A DNA stretch of 64,000 nt from a bacterium (GTDB taxonomy: Bacteria > Patescibacteriota > Minisyncoccia > Phycocordibacterales > UBA918): positions 17,318 through 81,317 of the forward strand of contig JAYSUD010000006.1 in the NCBI GenBank assembly GCA_043719295.1. The letters run 5' to 3'. Below the pieces are notes generated by a model. That model was not told the origin of the DNA and did not search any database. It saw only the letters and a list, made by a program, of their open reading frames with translations. The position numbers were made by a program, and so were the translations under genes. This document shows positions 60,888 through 64,000 of the stretch, piece after piece. Position 1 is the stretch's first letter. Every line of letters begins with the position of its first letter.

Positions 60888-61061
60888 ACAAACATGATAT
60901 CATGGGTAGCATATCTTTTACTCTGAGCTCAAAAAACAAATTTCTCTACAAAAGTTCGAGTTCGGATCTCGAACTTTTACATTTTAGTTCGTAATCATAC
61001 CTAATCTTAAAAAATACGGTAATATATTAGTATTGTGTAATTAATATATCCCCTACCATTC

Positions 61062-62033
61062 ATGGACTACCTTATTGCTTTTATACTTATTATTCTATCA
61101 GCGCTATTTTCAGGACTTACCCTTGGGCTGTTTACACTTGATAAGCACAGGTTGAAGCGACTAGCGACTCTTGGAGACAAGCACGCCGCACGTATTTATC
61201 CGCTTCGAGAAAATGGCAACAGATTACTGACAACACTTCTTCTTGGTAATGTGACCGTAAATACTATTCTAGCAATATACCTAGGCACTATGTTAAATGG
61301 CATGACTGCAGGTATTGTAGCAACGGGGCTCATTTTTGTATTTGGCGAAATCATCCCACAAGCAGCTTTTTCACGGCATGCACTTGCGTTTGGCTCATTT
61401 ACTGCGCCATTTGTGACGCTTGTATTATTTATTTTCTACCCTATTGCATACCCAATTTCAAGAATACTCGACAGAATACTTGGCGATGAACTCCCAAAAA
61501 CATATACAAAGGCTGAGTTTATGCACATTATCTCGGAACACGAAGATTCTGAACACAGCCCTATTGATGCTGATGAGGAGCGTATTGTCCACGGAGCACT
61601 ACAATTTTCTCACTTAAAGGTGACTGAGGTTATGACGTCAATTGAAAAGGTTGTTATGTTCAGTAGTGCACAGAAGCTAACTCAAACATTCTTTGATACC
61701 GTTGCAGAAGAAGGATATTCACGATATGTGGTATATAAAGAAAATAAAGAAAATATTGTCGGTATCTTATATGCAAAAGATCTCCTTGCTGAAGATGAGA
61801 ACATCACTATTGAGCAAACTGAAGAAGCATTTGAAACAAATTTCCTTAAAGTTCGAGATCAAGACCTTCTTGATGGTGTACTCACAAAAATGCTTAAAGC
61901 CAAAAAACACATTGCAGTTGTGTACACAAAGCACCATATCGCAGTTGGAGTTATTACCCTTGAAGATATTATTGAAGAGATAATCCAACAAGAAATTGAA
62001 GACGAGGACGACGCGGAGGACCAGATTACATAA
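61062..62033 (+). CDS. CNNM/DUF21 plus CBS domain protein
   Basis: SALFSGLTLG, LLTTLLLGN, FGEIIPQ, GVITLEDIIEEI. Confidence 0.93.
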   Translation: MDYLIAFILIILSALFSGLTLGLFTLDKHRLKRLATLGDKHAARIYPLRENGNRLLTTLLLGNVTVNTILAIYLGTMLNGMTAGIVATGLIFVFGEIIPQAAFSRHALAFGSFTAPFVTLVLFIFYPIAYPISRILDRILGDELPKTYTKAEFMHIISEHEDSEHSPIDADEERIVHGALQFSHLKVTEVMTSIEKVVMFSSAQKLTQTFFDTVAEEGYSRYVVYKENKENIVGILYAKDLLAEDENITIEQTEEAFETNFLKVRDQDLLDGVLTKMLKAKKHIAVVYTKHHIAVGVITLEDIIEEIIQQEIEDEDDAEDQIT

Positions 62034-62062
62034 AGGACAGAGTGTCCTTTATGTACCAAACG

Positions 62063-62458
62063 TTACCCAGCAACGATATTTTCAATATAATTGACTGTTG
62101 CGTACTTTTCCTCTACCACCATACGCACTGCAACAACATCAATCTGCCAAGCGCCTTCATACGAACGATCACTAATCCAGGTTTCAATTGACTTCCCTAT
62201 CTGATGTAATTTAAATTGATGCACCTGTTCTTCAGGTCTCCACGTTCCACATGAAACTGCATACCGAAGTTTCTCTTTAGTTTCATATGAAACACTTTTT
62301 ACTTCTACAAAATGCACCATACCATCTTTTGATGCGACAATATCAAGTTCACCCCACTTGCGCCAATAGTTTATATCTAAAACAGTAAATCCCCTCTTTT
62401 TAAGATAATTTGCAGCAATTTTTTCACCGTAATCACCTATGACTTTTGTGTTTTTCAT
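62063..62458 (-). CDS. yraN: YraN-family endonuclease-like protein
   Basis: GEKIAANYL, GELDIVA, FVEVK. Confidence 0.9.
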   Translation of the reverse strand: MKNTKVIGDYGEKIAANYLKKRGFTVLDINYWRKWGELDIVASKDGMVHFVEVKSVSYETKEKLRYAVSCGTWRPEEQVHQFKLHQIGKSIETWISDRSYEGAWQIDVVAVRMVVEEKYATVNYIENIVAG

Positions 62459-63448
62459 TTTATTGAATTAGATTTGCAGTATTTGTTCCATGTGGAACTG
62501 TAATAATGTTTCACGTGAAACGTTATCATTCTGTTATGTGCAAAGTTTTTCATGAAAATTGAGATTATAGTTATATTTTCAAGCATATTATATAAGACTA
62601 ACAAAATTGCAATTTTGTCCCTTATACACATATCCACTCGCTTATCCACTGTTTTTGACCTTTATGAACATCTGCTGGATGTATGAATTAAGCATGTATC
62701 TTTCAAAAACACTACATTGCAACCTATTAATGGTAGTTCCACATGAAACAACGAGCAAGATGGGGGAGTGTACAATGCAAAAAATGCCCCATAATGGGGC
62801 ATTTTTTAGTATTCAAACACGTCTTGATCACCCAGCCGGAACAGACCTTCATCTATTCGTTTCTGATCAAGAAAATGTCCTATAAATCCGACTGAACGGG
62901 GGATTATGAACAGAGCATTGAAGAACTCTATACCTAGGAGCTCTTGAATATGTTCCACGTCGAACATTTCTTTCTGCTCTAGATAGTCCAAAAACAATGC
63001 TGCTACAGTACCATCTACGTTTAATATAAGGTTATCCCGTTTTTTTGATGTTTCACGTGCAACTTCTTCGGCAAAGAGGAGGTATTTTGGATTTGCAATT
63101 GCAGATTTACCAAGTGCTATAAGTTCGGAAACTCGCGGGTCAGGTTTGTATACGGTGTATTTTTTGTGACCTATTCCTGCAATATATTCACGTTTCTTAC
63201 TGTAGAGCGCCACTAGCTCTTGCGGTGTTGTTCCATGTGAAACACTTTCAAACCACACTTTCCCCGCATTATTCATAGCTCCACCAAATCGATCACCGAT
63301 AGTGAGAATACCTGTTGCAAGAGCTGAACCCATATCACGTCCTGCCCTTGTAGTAATAATTGTATTTACTGCACCTGATACATGCGGTCCATGGTCAATC
63401 AATTCCGAGAATATTGTATCTGCAAACGCGACTGTTTCATGTGAAACG
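62243..63448. promoter_or_regulatory. Cluster of nine parS-like sites
   Basis: 16-mers resembling TGTTTCACGTGAAACA start at 62243, 62279, 62484, 62507, 62735, 62951, 63049, 63229 and 63433. Confidence 0.85.
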
Positions 63449-63999
63449 CTATTCCGCTGTAGCACACGCATTAAAATACCTTCAGTAAAGCTTGAGGCTT
63501 TTTTCTCACGTGTGTACTTTGGTGCACTGAAATGCGTTGATTTTATTGTGGTACTTCGCAAGGTAAAGTCTCGTGCACCTATAACCTGTGCTTTTTCTTT
63601 TGAAAGGGAAGTAAACGCTGTCATGAAGTCTGCAAATGTTTCACAAACACTAACCCCAACAACTCGCAACGCCACCATCTTAGCTTGGGCAGTTTCATCT
63701 TCTGTTTTTGCAAGCGCTTTTGCATGTCCAAATTGAATTTTTTCATCTTTTGATTTAAATCGTCCAGCAATATATGCAACTATTGGCTTCGTTATTTTTT
63801 TGTCCTTTATAGCCTCTATGAGGTCGTATTCATCACGACCACCCAATTCTCCGAAGTAGACAATCTCTTTCGTCTGTGGGTCGTTTTGGGCCATTGTAAT
63901 CCATTGTAAGGGCGACGTGATAGGAAAGCGGTCGCCACCAAATGCAACTGCAAAACTAATTCCTGATCCAGCTGCCACAATCTGGTACATAAGCTCGTT
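62806..63999 (-). CDS. ATP-citrate lyase alpha-type subunit (CoA-ligase plus citryl-CoA lyase domains), 5' partial
   Basis: GGDRFP, GELGG, QFGHA, DHGPHVSGAVNT, RFGGA, GIGH, LNVDG, GFIGHFLDQKR. Confidence 0.85.
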   Translation of the reverse strand, partial: NELMYQIVAAGSGISFAVAFGGDRFPITSPLQWITMAQNDPQTKEIVYFGELGGRDEYDLIEAIKDKKITKPIVAYIAGRFKSKDEKIQFGHAKALAKTEDETAQAKMVALRVVGVSVCETFADFMTAFTSLSKEKAQVIGARDFTLRSTTIKSTHFSAPKYTREKKASSFTEGILMRVLQRNSVSHETVAFADTIFSELIDHGPHVSGAVNTIITTRAGRDMGSALATGILTIGDRFGGAMNNAGKVWFESVSHGTTPQELVALYSKKREYIAGIGHKKYTVYKPDPRVSELIALGKSAIANPKYLLFAEEVARETSKKRDNLILNVDGTVAALFLDYLEQKEMFDVEHIQELLGIEFFNALFIIPRSVGFIGHFLDQKRIDEGLFRLGDQDVFEY

Positions 64000-64000
64000 A

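Noticed and set aside
1-64000. Prophage, autonomous transposon or recoded genetic code
   Set aside because: No phage, integrase or transposase genes recognised; conserved genes are intact under code 11, with TGA used as a stop

Overview
64 kb of a small-genome, AT-rich bacterial chromosome. Gene content and style point to Patescibacteria/CPR, probably Parcubacteria (inference from the split comEC, trigger factor lacking its PPIase domain, ECF sigma plus DUF5667-like partner, type IV pilus operon and coiled-coil secreted proteins). Housekeeping genes include rpsL, rpsG, rpmB, recJ, rnhA, pgk, tpiA, nusA, ppaC, tig, clpP, rny, hup, corA, yraN, tRNA-Gly(TCC) and tRNA-Pro(TGG). The window also has a pilB-pilC-minor pilin operon, a cluster of secreted modular proteins at the left end, and scattered single accessory genes, some of which look alphaproteobacterial (upp, dapD, DUF1194-like). 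The most unusual content is non-coding. (1) Downstream of tRNA-Gly, cargo genes alternate with ~130-bp branched palindromes that each rebuild the tRNA 3' end, resembling a tRNA-anchored cassette array; no integrase is visible. (2) Three further families of dispersed hairpin elements conserve structure (compensatory changes) more than sequence and often sit at stop codons. (3) Three secreted-protein genes share an upstream DnaA box / -10 / GGAGGG hairpin + T-tract cassette. (4) Nine parS-like sites lie within 1.2 kb at the right end, next to DnaA-box-like motifs, suggesting the origin is nearby. All calls come from reading the sequence; no database search was run.
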